Positions 25,383 to 38,461 of a stretch of 64,000 nucleotides of DNA are shown in pieces. The position numbers and the translations under genes are program-made. Source of the stretch: Octopus sinensis (taxonomy: Eukaryota); the NCBI RefSeq assembly GCF_006345805.1, contig NC_043002.1, positions 74,214,001 to 74,278,000 on the forward strand, given 5' to 3'. The notes beneath the pieces are model-generated. The model did not search any database. It was not told the DNA's origin and saw only the letters and a program-made list of their open reading frames with translations. The number at the start of each line of letters is the position of its first letter. The first letter of the stretch is position 1.

Positions 25383-25832
25383 TTTGACAAAAGGTATCTG
25401 CAGAAATCCTCACACACCTGACACCACACTTAAGACATTCACACACACAAACACCAACTCTGATGGTCGCCTTCACTCTGCAAAACACACACCTCCTTCC
25501 TCACTATACCTCCTCTCACTACTACTTAGCCTCTATTGTCACTTAGGAATACCATTTTATGGTTGTCGTTCTTGGGTTTTGACAAATCAATGATAAAATT
25601 AAAAAAAACACAACTGAAATATATATTATGCATATTGATATTAATAACTATATTGATTTATTATAAATAAAGAATGCCGTAAATGTTGACTTACTATTTC
25701 ATTAATTTCTTACAGCATTCCTATTTCGTTTTTGGTTGCAAGGTCACGTGGCTAACTATGGCGGCTTAAAATATCAACTCAATATTTATTTTAGTTTATT
25801 TTCCTATTATCTGACAATCTAAACGAAAGAAA
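25383..25832. promoter_or_regulatory. Putative bidirectional promoter shared by EXOC7 and WBP11
   Basis: Divergent start codons 450 bp apart with no recognisable transposon between them; E-box GTCACGTG at 25743-25750 and YY1-like ATGGCGGC at 25758-25765. Confidence 0.75.
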
Positions 25833-25896
25833 ATGGGACGCAGATCTATAAACACCACTAAAAGTGGGAAGTATATGAACCCCACTGATCAAGCCA
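25833..25896 (+). CDS. WBP11: WW domain-binding protein 11 (SIPP1/NpwBP), coding exon 1
   Basis: MGRRSINTTKSGKYMNPTDQA, the characteristic WBP11 N-terminus; donor A|gtaag, phase 1. Confidence 0.97.
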
Positions 25897-26742
25897 GTAA
25901 GTTTTATTTTTCGTATCGCAATAAATGTTTAGGATCGATGTTATAGGAGCATCAATGAGTTTATTTATCGTAAGTGCCCCTGACCAAAGCTTAGCTCCTT
26001 AATATTCTGTAAATGGTTTTATTATTTGACTCCTATTAATTTTTACGCTTGGAATTATTGCATAGGAAATTTATTTTCTTGACATCATTGCATTAATAAA
26101 CTAATAATTAACATTTACTTGTTATGCCAATTAAGTGTTGGTCATTGAAGTGAAGGGTTTTACAAACATATTTTGTGTTGTTTTTTTCCTGAGCTGAATT
26201 CAGTGAAATGGTAACAGAAAGTCCTTTCAGGCCGATTTTAGTTAAGTATGCAGAAAAATTACGGTCTACCCATCATTTTCTCCTTGCAACACATGTTAAA
26301 ATCGGGCGAATTGTGAATTAGAGAAAAAGATTGCGATAAGGAAATAGGAAAACAACAGAGAAAGGATAAATTATAGTAAAATATCATTCATCAAGAAATG
26401 AAATAGAATAAACACTGATTATATTGACAATGACTAAACTTCTCTGATTTTGTATTTTACGTTTGAATGTATTTTAGAACTTTGGTATGTTGCATTTGCA
26501 TGACCAGTTATTCCACTATGAAGTCTGCAATTTCAAACTTTTGCCAAAAGCCTTAGATATCTTTAAAAGAACGACTTTAAAATATCCTAAATATGTTTCT
26601 AATTAATATAAGACAAACATTCTTTTGATGTCTTTTGTTGTTTAGCCCTAGGTAAGTATTGATTAAGCGGATCTGTAATCAGATGTATTCCAGCCACATC
26701 TGATCCCATCTACATTTCAAGCTTAGTGTATCTAAGACAACG

Positions 26743-26912
26743 GGCGTAACTTCGGTATAAGTACCGGATACATTTCAAGAAAGTATTTTTTTTTATATAT
26801 ATATGGGGGGGGGGTTAGGGTTAGGGTTTGTGTTAGGTTTGGGAGAAAAGGGTTTCTCTTGTCTTCAGAAATGTAAACAAAGTCACGTGTGTACCTATAC
26901 CGAAGGATCGCC
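26743..26912. mobile_element. 170-bp MITE, Merlin-like, with internal TTAGGG units
   Basis: TIRs GGCGTAACTTCGGTATAAGTAC / GTACCTATACCGAAGGATCGCC; perfect 8-bp TSD AGACAACG; the superfamily call is inferred from GG termini and TSD length. Confidence 0.8.
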
Positions 26913-28622
26913 AGACAACGTCATATATTATATTGTTGTTCTTTTAAAATTCTAGACTAAAGAAAGTTTGGCTGCTGTTTCTAGCAAGTCAAGTGATCAC
27001 ATAAAAACTTCCTCATCGTCTGGTTTTTTAGTTAGTGCTCACCGAAGTGGACGAAAGCTTCCATAACAATGTATAGCATATGTCATACATTGATAACCAC
27101 ATTTACGAATATGGATCACTTTTTATTTTTTATCTTATTCTCCTGAAAAAACTTCAGTCTGAGAGGTAGCAAGCAAATTTCATGGTCTGCAACAAAACTA
27201 CGAACAGCAAATTCAATATCAAACATTTCAATCAAGGTAGTCATCATCATCGTTTAACGTCCGGTTTCCATGTTAGCATGGGTTGGATGATTTGACAGAG
27301 GTCTGGCGAACCAGATGGCTGCACCAGGCTCCAATCTGATCTGGCAGAGTTTTTACAGCTGGATGACCTTCCTAACACCAACCACTCCGAGAGTGTAGTG
27401 GGTGCTTTTACGTGCCACCAGCACAAGGGCCAGTCAGGCAGTACTGGTAACAGCCACGCTCAAATGGTGCTTTTTATGTGCCACTTGCACAGGAGCCAGT
27501 CCAGTGACACTGGCAACGACCTCGCTCAAATGTTTTTCACGTGCCTCCAAAACAAGTGCCACTAAGGTGATGCAGGTAACGATCACACTCGAATGGTGCT
27601 TTTTACGGGCCACTGGCATGGAAGCCAGTTTGTTGCTCTGGCAACAATCACGCTCAGATGGTACTCTAAGAGCACTCCACAAGCATGTATGCCAGTCATC
27701 GAATTTGATTTCGATTTCGATTTCACTTGCCTCAACAGGTCTTCGCAAGAAACAAAAAAAGAAAGCAACAAGCAAAATATATAAAAAAAGAAATGTAACT
27801 AGAAAGAATTCAGTAATAAATGATTTAATTAAGAAAAAAAGAAAGAACCATTAGAGAATTAGGTGCATCATATTATTGGATGGTATGTGGTAGAATCAAT
27901 AGGGTATCAGAATAAATACCTGCATCTTTTAGTTACAGACTGTGTTCAAATCCTACCAAGGTCGGCTTTATCTTTCATCTTTTCCATGGTTAAAATTAGT
28001 AGCAATAAAGTACTGGGGTCAATATAATCAAGCATGTGTCCTCCTCTGAATTTATGGTCTCAGACCAATTGTAGGAATCAGTTTAAGTCTGTTTGAATAT
28101 AGCAAGCTAGCAGAATTTTTGGCATGCTGGGCAAAGTGCTTAGCAGCATTTCTTCCATCTTTATATTCAGAATTCAAGTTCTGCCGAGGTCGTCTTTACC
28201 TTTTATCCTTTTGGGGTTGATAAAATAAGTACCAGTTAAGCATTGGGGTCAATCTAATCCCCTGAAATTGCTGGTCTTGTACCAAAATTTGAAACCAATT
28301 AAGTCTATTTGGGTCTTCTCATTAGCTTCCCAATTTTCACTACTTCTTCAAAGTAAGTAGTGGTTCTGAAGAATATTAACAGATCACATGTTAATTTTAT
28401 GGGATGGCAATGAAACTAAGTATAAATTTTTTGTGTTTACAATTGTAGTAGTAAATACAGTCATAGCTATCTAGTTAAAAATGCTCACTTTGTAACCATA
28501 TGGCTCAAGTTTGACCCCACTTTGTTAAACCTTGGGCAAATGTTTTCTACTGTAGCTTTCAAGAAACCACTAGTTTGGGGTGAAATTTTGGAGATGAAAA
28601 CTGTGTGGAAGCCCAATATACG

Positions 28623-28654
<32 letters not shown>

Positions 28655-28672
28655 ACACAAATACACATCAAA

Positions 28673-28706
<34 letters not shown>

Positions 28707-28968
28707 TTTGATGTGTATTTGTGTTTGTTTCTGCCAAGATTGTAAAACTTCACCATTGTTGACCTGGGACTACACAGTTGATAACTTACTGAGTAATAAG
28801 TCAACATTAAGGGGCATAGCCAGTTGAAACCAGTTCATGCAAATATTCAGCTTTGAATAAAGCTATAAAAAACATAAATGATAAGGTGTAATGAAAATTT
28901 ATTATTTAAAATAAGATGTCTAATTGTATGTTTTATTAATCAGACACAACCTGTTATTTTTATTTCAG

Positions 28969-29000
28969 GAAAAGAGGCGAGAAAAAGGGAGTTAAAAAAA
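28969..29000 (+). CDS. WBP11: WBP11 coding exon 2 (32 nt)
   Basis: ttcag|GA AAA...AAA|gtgag; (R)KEARKRELKK; phase 1 to 0. Confidence 0.95.
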
Positions 29001-29283
29001 GTGAGTATTTGTTATGCACAAAATCAGTCTATTAAAACAAAAATATGTTGTAATGATACAGACGTTTTAGGCTTAATGCTTGACTTCATATCCTCCTCTG
29101 CCTCCTCCTCATCATCACCACCAACATCATCATCACCACCATCATCATCACTACCAACATCATGATCATCATCTTCTGTCATTGTCATCATCATTTCCAC
29201 AGCCTGCATTACCATGAAAAATTTTTGAGTTTCACCTGAATCTGATAAAATTGACTTTGGTATTTTTACTTTTGTATTTTTAG

Positions 29284-29377
29284 AACAAAAAGCAGCGTAT
29301 GCTTGTACGTCAAGCTGTGCTGAAAGGAAAAGACCCTACCAAAATATTGCAAGAGATGGAGATAATCGACAAAATGG
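29284..29377 (+). CDS. WBP11: WBP11 coding exon 3
   Basis: tttag|AAC...ATG G|gtaa; NKKQRMLVRQAVLKGKDPTKILQEMEIIDKM; 94 nt. Confidence 0.96.
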
Positions 29378-29659
29378 GTAAACTTACTGTTTATCTTTAT
29401 TTTATTTTAGCTTTTTTTTTTCCAGCATTTCTGACTAAAGTTCTTTATTTAAAAATCAAACTTGGTGATCATCAAGTACAGTTTAATTTTAACACCATAA
29501 AAGTGATGAAAGGGTCCTAGTAATAATGTTCTGAATATAACCTGAAACTTATTGGGTCAGCTAACTAGTAATACAACCTGTAGTCCCAATCTGGCCTACA
29601 AACTTTACGTAAGCACTTCATAAAAAAATTCTTTGTTTTCTTTATCAATTTTTACTTAA

Positions 29660-29900
29660 CCCTTTGACTGCAACATTAAATTTCATGATTATTCCAGTTA
29701 TGATGTTGAATATTTACAAAAAAATAGAATTGGTATTTTCTGGAAGTCACAATGCTTCAATAAAATCAACATATCTCAACAAAAAATAGTTTGGGGCATG
29801 ACATTCCTCAACAAAAGATCAATTGGTATATAAAGCTGCTTTCTGCAATTAAGGTTAATGAAATTTTGAGTGAATATATCTGATTTCTGCTGTAAAAGGG
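29660..29900. mobile_element. piggyBac-like MITE
   Basis: TTAA|CCCTTTGACTGCA ... TGCTGTAAAAGGG|TTAA. Confidence 0.7.
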
Positions 29901-30906
29901 TTAATGATCTATGAAATTCAGTATTGAAAAATAGAGTGCCCCCTGGCTGGATCCTGTGCTGGTGGCATGTAAAAACCACCATCCGAACATGGTCGATACC
30001 AGTGCTCTCTGACTGGCTCCCATGCCGGTGGCACATAAAAAGCACCCACTACAACTCTCAGAATGGTTGGCATTAGGAAGGGCATCCAGCTGTAGATTAG
30101 TTCAGATTGGAGCCTGGTGCAGCCCACTGGCTTGCCAGACCTCAGTCAAACCATCCAACCCATGCCAGCATGGAAAGTGGACATTAAAGAATGATGATGT
30201 TATTTTTGTAGTAGGCTCAAATGAATCATTATCATCTTCATCATCATCATAATGATAAAAAGAAAGATAACAATGACAACATCCTGGCCTCAGAAAGTTT
30301 GCCTACCTCTGATCTAGTCAGGTATCAATGTTCTCTTATTATCATAACTCAAAATATCAATCAATGATTTAGGTTAATACAAAAGGAAAAGTGATTACTT
30401 CATTTGGTAGATTTTTTAAACGATAAATTGTTTTCTCTTTCATAAATGAATTGATCTACAAACACTAACAACATGTTATATTCTGTTGCAATATAGTTTA
30501 CTTGAATAATCAACTCTAAGAAAGGAGAGAGTGACAAAAAAAAAAAATTTACTTGTTTGTTGGGAAATTGAAGTGGCCTGATTAGTTCCACATTTGCCCT
30601 GAGACAACAACCATCTCTGGCTCCCCTCCCTGTTCACCCTAACCAAAAATGTTTTAATTCTTCACTGTGTGTTGTGTTATACATGGCACATACTAATTTT
30701 TAAGTCATTAAATGTAGAGTGATTTCTTTGTTACAAATTTTATTATCACTTTTCATCATCATCTTAATCTCCACTTCTCCATACTTGCATGAGTGAGAGG
30801 GAATGCATTGAAGCAGATTTTCTGAGGATGCCTTTTCTATCACCAGCCCTTGCTTGTTTCCTATTTGCTTTGTAGATATATCCTCTGTTTTTAATTTTTT
30901 TTCCAG

Positions 30907-31004
30907 AATATGATCCGACCCAACCGCCCAAACTAAATGAGAAAGTCTTGAAAGACAAACGGAAGAAACTTAAAGAAACTTTCCTGCGAATTCTAAAGCT
31001 CTAT
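30907..31004 (+). CDS. WBP11: WBP11 coding exon 4
   Basis: ccag|AA TAT...TAT|gtaagt; YDPTQPPKLNEKVLKDKRKKLKETFLRILKLY; 98 nt. Confidence 0.96.
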
Positions 31005-31619
31005 GTAAGTAACCAGTTGAACCAATATAGTATAGTGGGGTGGTGTCATTTGAAAGCTGAAACAATCAGAAGCGCATTGTGACCAGCGTTGTATAACAAC
31101 ATCCGATAGTTTGGTTGATGCCATGATACCATCATATATGTATATAAAAAATAGTTCTCTGTAACAATTGCTTGCTGAGTTTGTGTAATGTACAGAATTT
31201 GAACAATAGCATGTAGATATGTAATGTGCAGAAGTAAACTTCTATCCTTTTCTTCCTGTTTTCTTGGATGAAATTGATTTTGCTAATACATACTCATAGA
31301 CACAAACTTATAGCAAATATTAATACCATTACATATAGCATTTTGTTTTGTTACTGAATTTCTGTGTTTATATGCACATGTTTATATTAGTGCTATAAAT
31401 ACATACGTACATACATACACACATACCACAACCACCACGACTACCATCACTACTGTCACTGTCATCAGCATCAGCTCACACACACACACATATATATCAT
31501 CGTCATCATCATCAGCTACATACAAGCCTGTAGCAAACATTAACAACTTTCTGATATCTTTCAGTTTTACTGCTAAATGAATGTCTGTGTATATTTGTAT
31601 AGTATATATTAGTACATTG

Positions 31620-31649
31620 GTATATGTATGTGTGTGTGTATGTATATAC

Positions 31650-31736
<87 letters not shown>

Positions 31737-31737
31737 A
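31620..31737. repeat. Compound (TG)/(TA) microsatellite
   Basis: Direct reading; similar tracts at 28620-28703, 40150-40240, 45780-45840, 46050-46137 and 62497-62550. Confidence 0.95.
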
Positions 31738-32403
31738 CAGGTATGGCCATGTGATTCTCCCAATCACACACCCTATCTTCTTAAAAAGGAAGGTTATCAT
31801 ATATAAAAGCCAATGTCAGTCTTCAAAAAATCTCTCATGCTACAGTCTTTAAAAAAATTAAGTACACATAGAATAATATTGCCCTTGTTATACAAAAATG
31901 ACAGAATGCTCATGACTGGAATGCTGTTTATCATAGGTCTGCTCCTCGAACAAAACCTGGGGATAAGCAGTAACAAATAGGAGAACCCTCATGTGGTAAC
32001 CAACGTCAGAGCTACTGAATGTTCATAGAAACATGCTAACCATATTCTAAATTGTAGTAGTCCATTTCATATACATTTTACATAGTCTTGGATATGGTGA
32101 GGAGAACAGATGTTAAGAAATAATGACACCAGTGCTAATTATAATGATGATGAAGCTGCAACAGAAAAAAGGGTTGATTGAAACATGCATTGCGATTTTA
32201 ACCTAAATCTTATTGCCACTTTAAACTAATCTCTCTATATGGAAATATCCATGTAAGATATTATTGAATAGCATTTTGAAGAACACGTAAATTTTTGTTA
32301 AAAAGTTAGATGCATATTTGACATTAATAGAAAAGAGTCTATTATTGCTTGATTTTGTGTGCAATATTTTAGTATGACTTTTGTTTTTCATCTTGTCTTA
32401 CAG

Positions 32404-32491
32404 GATAAAGAAAATCCTGAGTATGCATTAGAACTAAGGAGAGCAGAGTCTGAGTATGATAAGAAGAGGATCCAGTTACAGATATACTTTG
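32404..32491 (+). CDS. WBP11: WBP11 coding exon 5
   Basis: acag|GAT...TTT G|gttagt; DKENPEYALELRRAESEYDKKRIQLQIYF; 88 nt. Confidence 0.94.
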
Positions 32492-33246
32492 GTTAGTTAG
32501 CCATTTACATCAATTGCAACTATTTTTTTTAGCCAATAAGGGAACCTCTAGAAATAGCTTCTTAATCTCCTTCAAACCAAACCCCATCATCTTTAAAGAA
32601 GGGAAGGATGTATTAGACAGTGTTAGTCCTATATAGAGAGAAACACACATGATGGACACTCTAGACAATGTTAGTCTTAGATATACAAAGAGAGAAGATG
32701 AGGACAGCTCAAATGCTTTTGATCATAAGTCTGATCAGCCAGGCTGACCTAAGGCTAAAGAGCACAACAGAGGTCACAGCTTGGATACTTTTGATCATAA
32801 ATCTGCTTAGTCAAGAATGATCGAGTGTTGAATCAGTAGCAATGTCAAAATAACAACTAAAAGAGTAAGTGGTTCCAATACTCAAATTTTCCTCTAAACA
32901 AACAGCAGATTTCTAGCCCATAGAGAACAAGCCAAAACAGATGAGAGGGTGTTGTTTGAGGGTTAACTAAATTATAGGGAACCACTGAGTTGGACACGCT
33001 AATTTATAGATCATTAATGATTTACCTTGACCAAGTGGTGTGCCCCGATGCAGTTATTGTAAGGGAGATAACCACTTCTAGATTTATCTTAGCGTGGTTC
33101 GAAATTTAAATCGAAGAATAATGAAGGAGTTATAAGATCTTAAATTTTATAGTCATAAATAGCCATATATAGCACCATTTCATCTTTATTTGAAATCAGC
33201 ATGGTACAACCCTTGGCAAATAAATTACACTTGTTTACTGGAGGTT

Positions 33247-34133
33247 CAACAGCAGTGGATCATGGACTGGCAACTCAAGCTGGCTGTGGACAAATATACC
33301 ACCATGCATTTTGGGAGAAGAAACCCAGCGTCTACTTACTCCCTCCACAACACTAATCTCAAAAAGTCTTCGTGTGAACGTGACCTGGGTGTTATTGTCG
33401 ACAGCGATTTGCATTGGACAAAAACACATCGCTAAAATTGCCAAGAAGGCTGAGGGTGTCTTGGCATCACTTACCAAGTCCTTTGTGAGCCGCTTTTCGG
33501 CTATCTATCTGCGGCTTTATATGGCTATGGTACGACCTCACCTGGAATTTGCATCACCAGTCTGGAACCCCTATCTTGCCCAGGATATTAATTGTCTGGA
33601 AGCCGTTCAGCGACGTGCAACCAAAAGAATACCCTCCGTCAGGCATTTGCCATATTCTGAACGCCTTACTTCCCTGGGGATGGACACATTGAAACTCCGA
33701 CATCTGGCAGCTGACTTGGCAGACACCCATAGAATTATTAACCATCTTACAAACAATAACTCTGAGCACCTTTTCAAACTCCACCTGTCTAACACCCGTG
33801 GACATGTTTACAAAGTCAGAAAACAGCACAGCTCCTATGACTTTTGGAAACACTTTTTCATGCTAAGAGTTGCTGAAGTATGGAACAGACTGCCGGCATC
33901 AGTTGTTAGTTGTCGGAGCACTGCATCCTTCAAAACTTCCATGCTTCCTGAGATTCGCCAACACTACACCTGATTTTCTCCCCTCCATATACACACAAGC
34001 ATGTATCTGACTCATACACTGTTCGCTTTCCAGACATTTGTACATTACTGCATATACTTTATGCTCACTTTTTGACAAGTTGTGGTGCACCTGAGCACTG
34101 TATACAATAATTTCATTATTATCATTATCATTA
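33247..34133 (+). mobile_element. 5'-truncated CR1-like LINE, second subfamily
   Basis: Homologous to 7310-8033 with a frameshift near 33420; longer 3' UTR; (ATT/ATC)n tail. Confidence 0.92.
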
Positions 34134-34786
34134 TAAATGTCCAAATTGTATGACTGAAATATGTAACATACAGTAAATTGAAGCTACAACTAGAATGCTA
34201 GAAATTATTTATAAGTTCTGTTCATTTTTGACAATCACTCCACCATGCTTGCATGGGTCAGATGGAATTTGTTGTGGCAAGTTTTCTATAGCCAGATACC
34301 CTTTCTATCACCATCCCTTACCTGTGTCCAAGCTAGGTAATATTTCTTCACGGCCAGGCATCTTTTTCATGGAAGACTGAAAATTAAACAACATCGCTTG
34401 TATGGCAGTAATGCCCATTTATAATCATCACATGATGTCAAGACAAAGGTACACACGTGCTCGTATATAGATACATATACGATAGGCTTTATTCAGGTTC
34501 CATACCAAATTCACTCATAAGGCTTTGGTTGGCCCCCAGGTTATATGAGAAGACACTTGCCTAAGTTGTTGTGCAGTAAGATTGAATATGGTTAGGAAGC
34601 AATCTTCTTACTGACAAATTTTATAAAGTTAAATTTAAAAATAAAAGCATAAAAGGATTAGAATTAAAGTGATTTGTCAAATATTCCAGTGGTTTATAAT
34701 CTCAGAAATACTTTGTAAGATTCAATCATCTTCTTGTCACCACTAGCCCTTGTGTATTTCAATTAAATATTACTTTTCTATTTCAG

Positions 34787-34858
34787 AACAAGTGAAGAAT
34801 GCTGAACGTGTACAACTGGATCAGATTCCACTGCCTGACTTACCCTTGGAATACACCA
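34787..34858 (+). CDS. WBP11: WBP11 coding exon 6
   Basis: ttcag|AA CAA...ACC A|gtaa; QVKNAERVQLDQIPLPDLPLEYT; 72 nt. Confidence 0.92.
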
Positions 34859-35872
34859 GTAAATTAACATCTTTGTTATCTTCTTTCTTTGTGTCCTTGT
34901 AATGATTAATGATGTTCTTCATTTCCAGTGTTTAAAATAGGAATGTTTCAGAATTACTGGATGAAAATCTAATTAATGTTAACCAAAACTATTGTATTAT
35001 ATATAAAGTGTGTGTGTGTGTGGACTCTGCAAACTATGTCCCAGGTAATCCATTTGGAGGACACTAACTCTAAAGAAGGAGTTATTCAGAGCAGAGGCTA
35101 CTCTTTGGTCCTCTTTCATTGGACAGCTTCTTTAGTATTTGTGGCATGATTGAATGCTTTCAATACACTTTGTATAGAGGCTGGTGATAGAAGATACATC
35201 CAGCATAGATAGCAAGCCAAAAAATGAAATACATGAGCAAGACATGGACTCTGCAAGGTGCAATGCATGCTAGGCATTTAGTTGGGTTGTAACTCTAAAT
35301 AAGAACTCGTACAGATATACAGGGGATCTCTTAAATATTTCTGCATAGGAAAATATCTCACATGCAAGGAGCACAATAAAATACATGCAGTTCACACTAT
35401 ATGATGTATTGGCTTGCTTTCTCAGTTGCTGCATGTGCAAGATGATGCAGACCATGTCAAGTATATAACTTATCTGACCCATACCAGAATGGAAAAACAG
35501 ATGTAAATTGGTGTGGTGATGATTGTATGTATGCTTTATAAACTATGTAAATATCAAAATATAATATCTTATCTTAATGATTGTTATTAATTAGAAGTTT
35601 TTTTTTATCTAGAAACATACTTAAATAAATTATGTTAAAGTTTAATTGTGAAAATGATTTCATGTGATATAAAAATTAAAATTAAACCAACATATTGTAA
35701 GATCAAGGAAGATTGTTTAAATTCTATAATCATCTTTTAGCAATAATTTAGTTAATCTTCTATATTTCTGTTATAAACTTAGATTTAAAGAAGTTTAACA
35801 CAAATCATTGAATACTTATTTCCACTGTTTGAACTATAAATATTTCATTGGATTTTTTTTTTCTTTACTCAG

Positions 35873-35978
35873 TTCCTTCTATGATTCCTTTACCAAATGA
35901 AATGCCTCCTCTTGGTGCAATACCAGCTCCAAACCAGAAACAACCTGTAGGCATTCTTAAAAAACCATCCTTGTTTGT
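35873..35978 (+). CDS. WBP11: WBP11 coding exon 7
   Basis: ctcag|TT CCT...TTT GT|gtaagt; PSMIPLPNEMPPLGAIPAPNQKQPVGILKKPSLF; 106 nt. Confidence 0.9.
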
Positions 35979-38074
35979 GTAAGTATTGCTTTATGAGTTG
36001 TTTCTTTGCTCGTCTTGATTAGCTTTTTCAATATCACCCTACCCTGCTTATACTAAAGGATTCATATTTAAATAAAAATCTCAATTGATGTGAATGATAC
36101 AGTGAAATTTCAGTTGGTCAACACCATCATAATATATACAAGTAGTAACCCTCCTCCAAAATCTTGAATATATCAAAATATCGAATACATTTGAGGTTCA
36201 GGCATGGATAGGCACTGGTGTGGCTGTGTGGTGAAGAAGCTTGCTTCTCAACCACTTTGTCCTGAGTTCAGTCTCACTGCATGGCATCTTAGGTAAGTGT
36301 CCTCTACAATAGTTCTGTACTGACCAAGGCCTTGTGAGTGGATTTTGTAGACAGAAACTAAGAGAAGCCCTCTGTATCATCATCATTGTCATCATTTAAC
36401 ATACGCTTTTCCATGTTTGCATGGATCAGACAGAATTTGTTGAGGTAGATTTCCTATGGCTGGCTACCCTTCATTTGTTTCAAAACAAATACTGTTTCTC
36501 ATAGCCTGGTATAATTTTTCATCCTTTTCCATTAAATTTATTAATTTACTTATTAAAGTCCTTTGTTACTGTTGTACCTAATGTAATGGAAGCAACTCAT
36601 TTTCATCCTTGAAGAGTTATGCCCCCATGATTTACCTACAAAATGTAAATACAAATGATTGTATTTGTAACTTTTATGCTGATTTAAAATGTATGGATTT
36701 CAAAATTATCCCGTCAAGACAAGAAGCTTAAATTAACCCATTTATAGTTTATTTTGCTTAATACACACACACCCAGTCTACTTCCATATATTCATTAAAA
36801 CAAAGACTAGAAAATTTGGTACATTTTTAATTCCATGTTACACTTCATTACAGTATAGGAAATACATTATAAATATTAGTATTAATATTATAAATATAAT
36901 AAATTTATAATAAGCATATACATGTTGAGAATATGTGGAGGATCTCCTAACTGTAACTTCTCATACATTTGATTACGAGAATATACATAGAGTGACTCAA
37001 GAGCTGATTCTTTTACTTGTTTCAGTCATTTGACTGCAACCATACTGGAGCACCACCTTAAGGGGTTTTAGTCGAACAAATCAACTCCAGGACTTATTCT
37101 TTGTAAGCCTGGTACTTATTCTATTGGTCTCTTTTGTAAAATACAAAATGGGACAAGAACGCAAAACATCCGGACAGTCAGGTGATACAAATATGGGACA
37201 ACAAAAAATCCAGATAGACGATACAAAGAAAACAAGGACGGGTCATTCAAAGTTTTCTTTCCTCAGTCAAGTACCAGCTTATCTTCACAATTTCGGCTGA
37301 TTATATATCCCCAACTCCCTTGATTTTGTATACTAGCAAGCTGCATGGGGATGTAACTAGTGCCAGTGGCACAAAAAAGGCCACCACCTACACACTATAA
37401 AGTGGTTGATGTTAGGTATCCAGCCATAGAAACCATGCCAAAGCAGACACTGTGGTATGATGCAGTCCTTGTACCCATTGGACCTTGTCCGATGGTTCCA
37501 CTCATGTCAGTATGGAACATGGACATTAAATGATGATGGGGATGATGTCTTTTAACATCTGTATGTTCCATGCAATCAAACATTTGGAAGTCTTGATTCA
37601 GTTTCTGTTTAGAGAGTGAACTGAGGTGCTGTTAGAGTGTTCTCTACAAAGTAGAAGCCTGGACAAGTTTGTTTGAAAATTAGCAGTTGCTTATGCTGAA
37701 GCTCTCTTCTCTCTGAGCCACTGATGTTGTCTGTGAAGAAGGGCCAGTGCAACTTAGTAGTAGCATTGTTGCAAAAGCTGCCAGAACAAAGTTTAAGACA
37801 ACTTCAGACTGACTTAAAAAATTTGTTGCCAAATTTTACAGTCAGTAAAATTAATCCCAATAATTGATTGGATCTGATATCTTTTTTTATTGACTTGATG
37901 GAATTTGAACAGTGTCTAATGAGCTGGAACAAATACTGCCAGGCATTGTATCCAATGCAGCCATCCTGTATCTCTTCCTCTTTCTCTTAATATATATATA
38001 TATATATATATGTAGTCAGTTTTTACTATTAATGCATTTATTCTCTTAATGAATATAAATCTTTTTTTTTCTAG

Positions 38075-38202
38075 TCCTAAAACTGGTGATGGTAAAATCA
38101 TTGATATGAAACTGTACATAGAAAAATCACCTCCAGGACCTCCACCTGGCTCACCGCCTCCTCTTACTGACAGTGAAGATGAAGAGTATGATCCTGAAAA
38201 AG
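38075..38202 (+). CDS. WBP11: WBP11 coding exon 8
   Basis: ctag|T CCT...AAA G|gtaag; includes PPGPPPGSPPPLTDSEDEEYD; 128 nt. Confidence 0.92.
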
Positions 38203-38461
38203 GTAAGACATTCTTATTACTATTTCTGCATATTATACATTTCCTTTTAATCTTTTCTTTCTTTTATTCATATACCTTTCAACCTTTACCTGAATCTCTT
38301 GTCCTTATCATCTTTTCATTAGTTAAAAAAATTCCAATATTTTTTTTTTATTTCATTCCAGCTTTTAAGTCTTAACTGTTAAATTCTAGATTGTCTATTG
38401 TGTTAATACTATCACTACATATTATCTCATATAAAAATTTTCATTAATTTTTTTCCTACTG

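Noticed and set aside
26805-26845. Telomere or chromosome-fusion relic
   Set aside because: Only two to three TTAGGG units, enclosed by TIRs and a TSD, so it is part of a MITE.
27402-27854. 150-aa ORF and similar ones at 41437-41889, 15571-15879, 31382-31771 and 62677-63012
   Set aside because: They are translations of SINE subrepeats or microsatellites.
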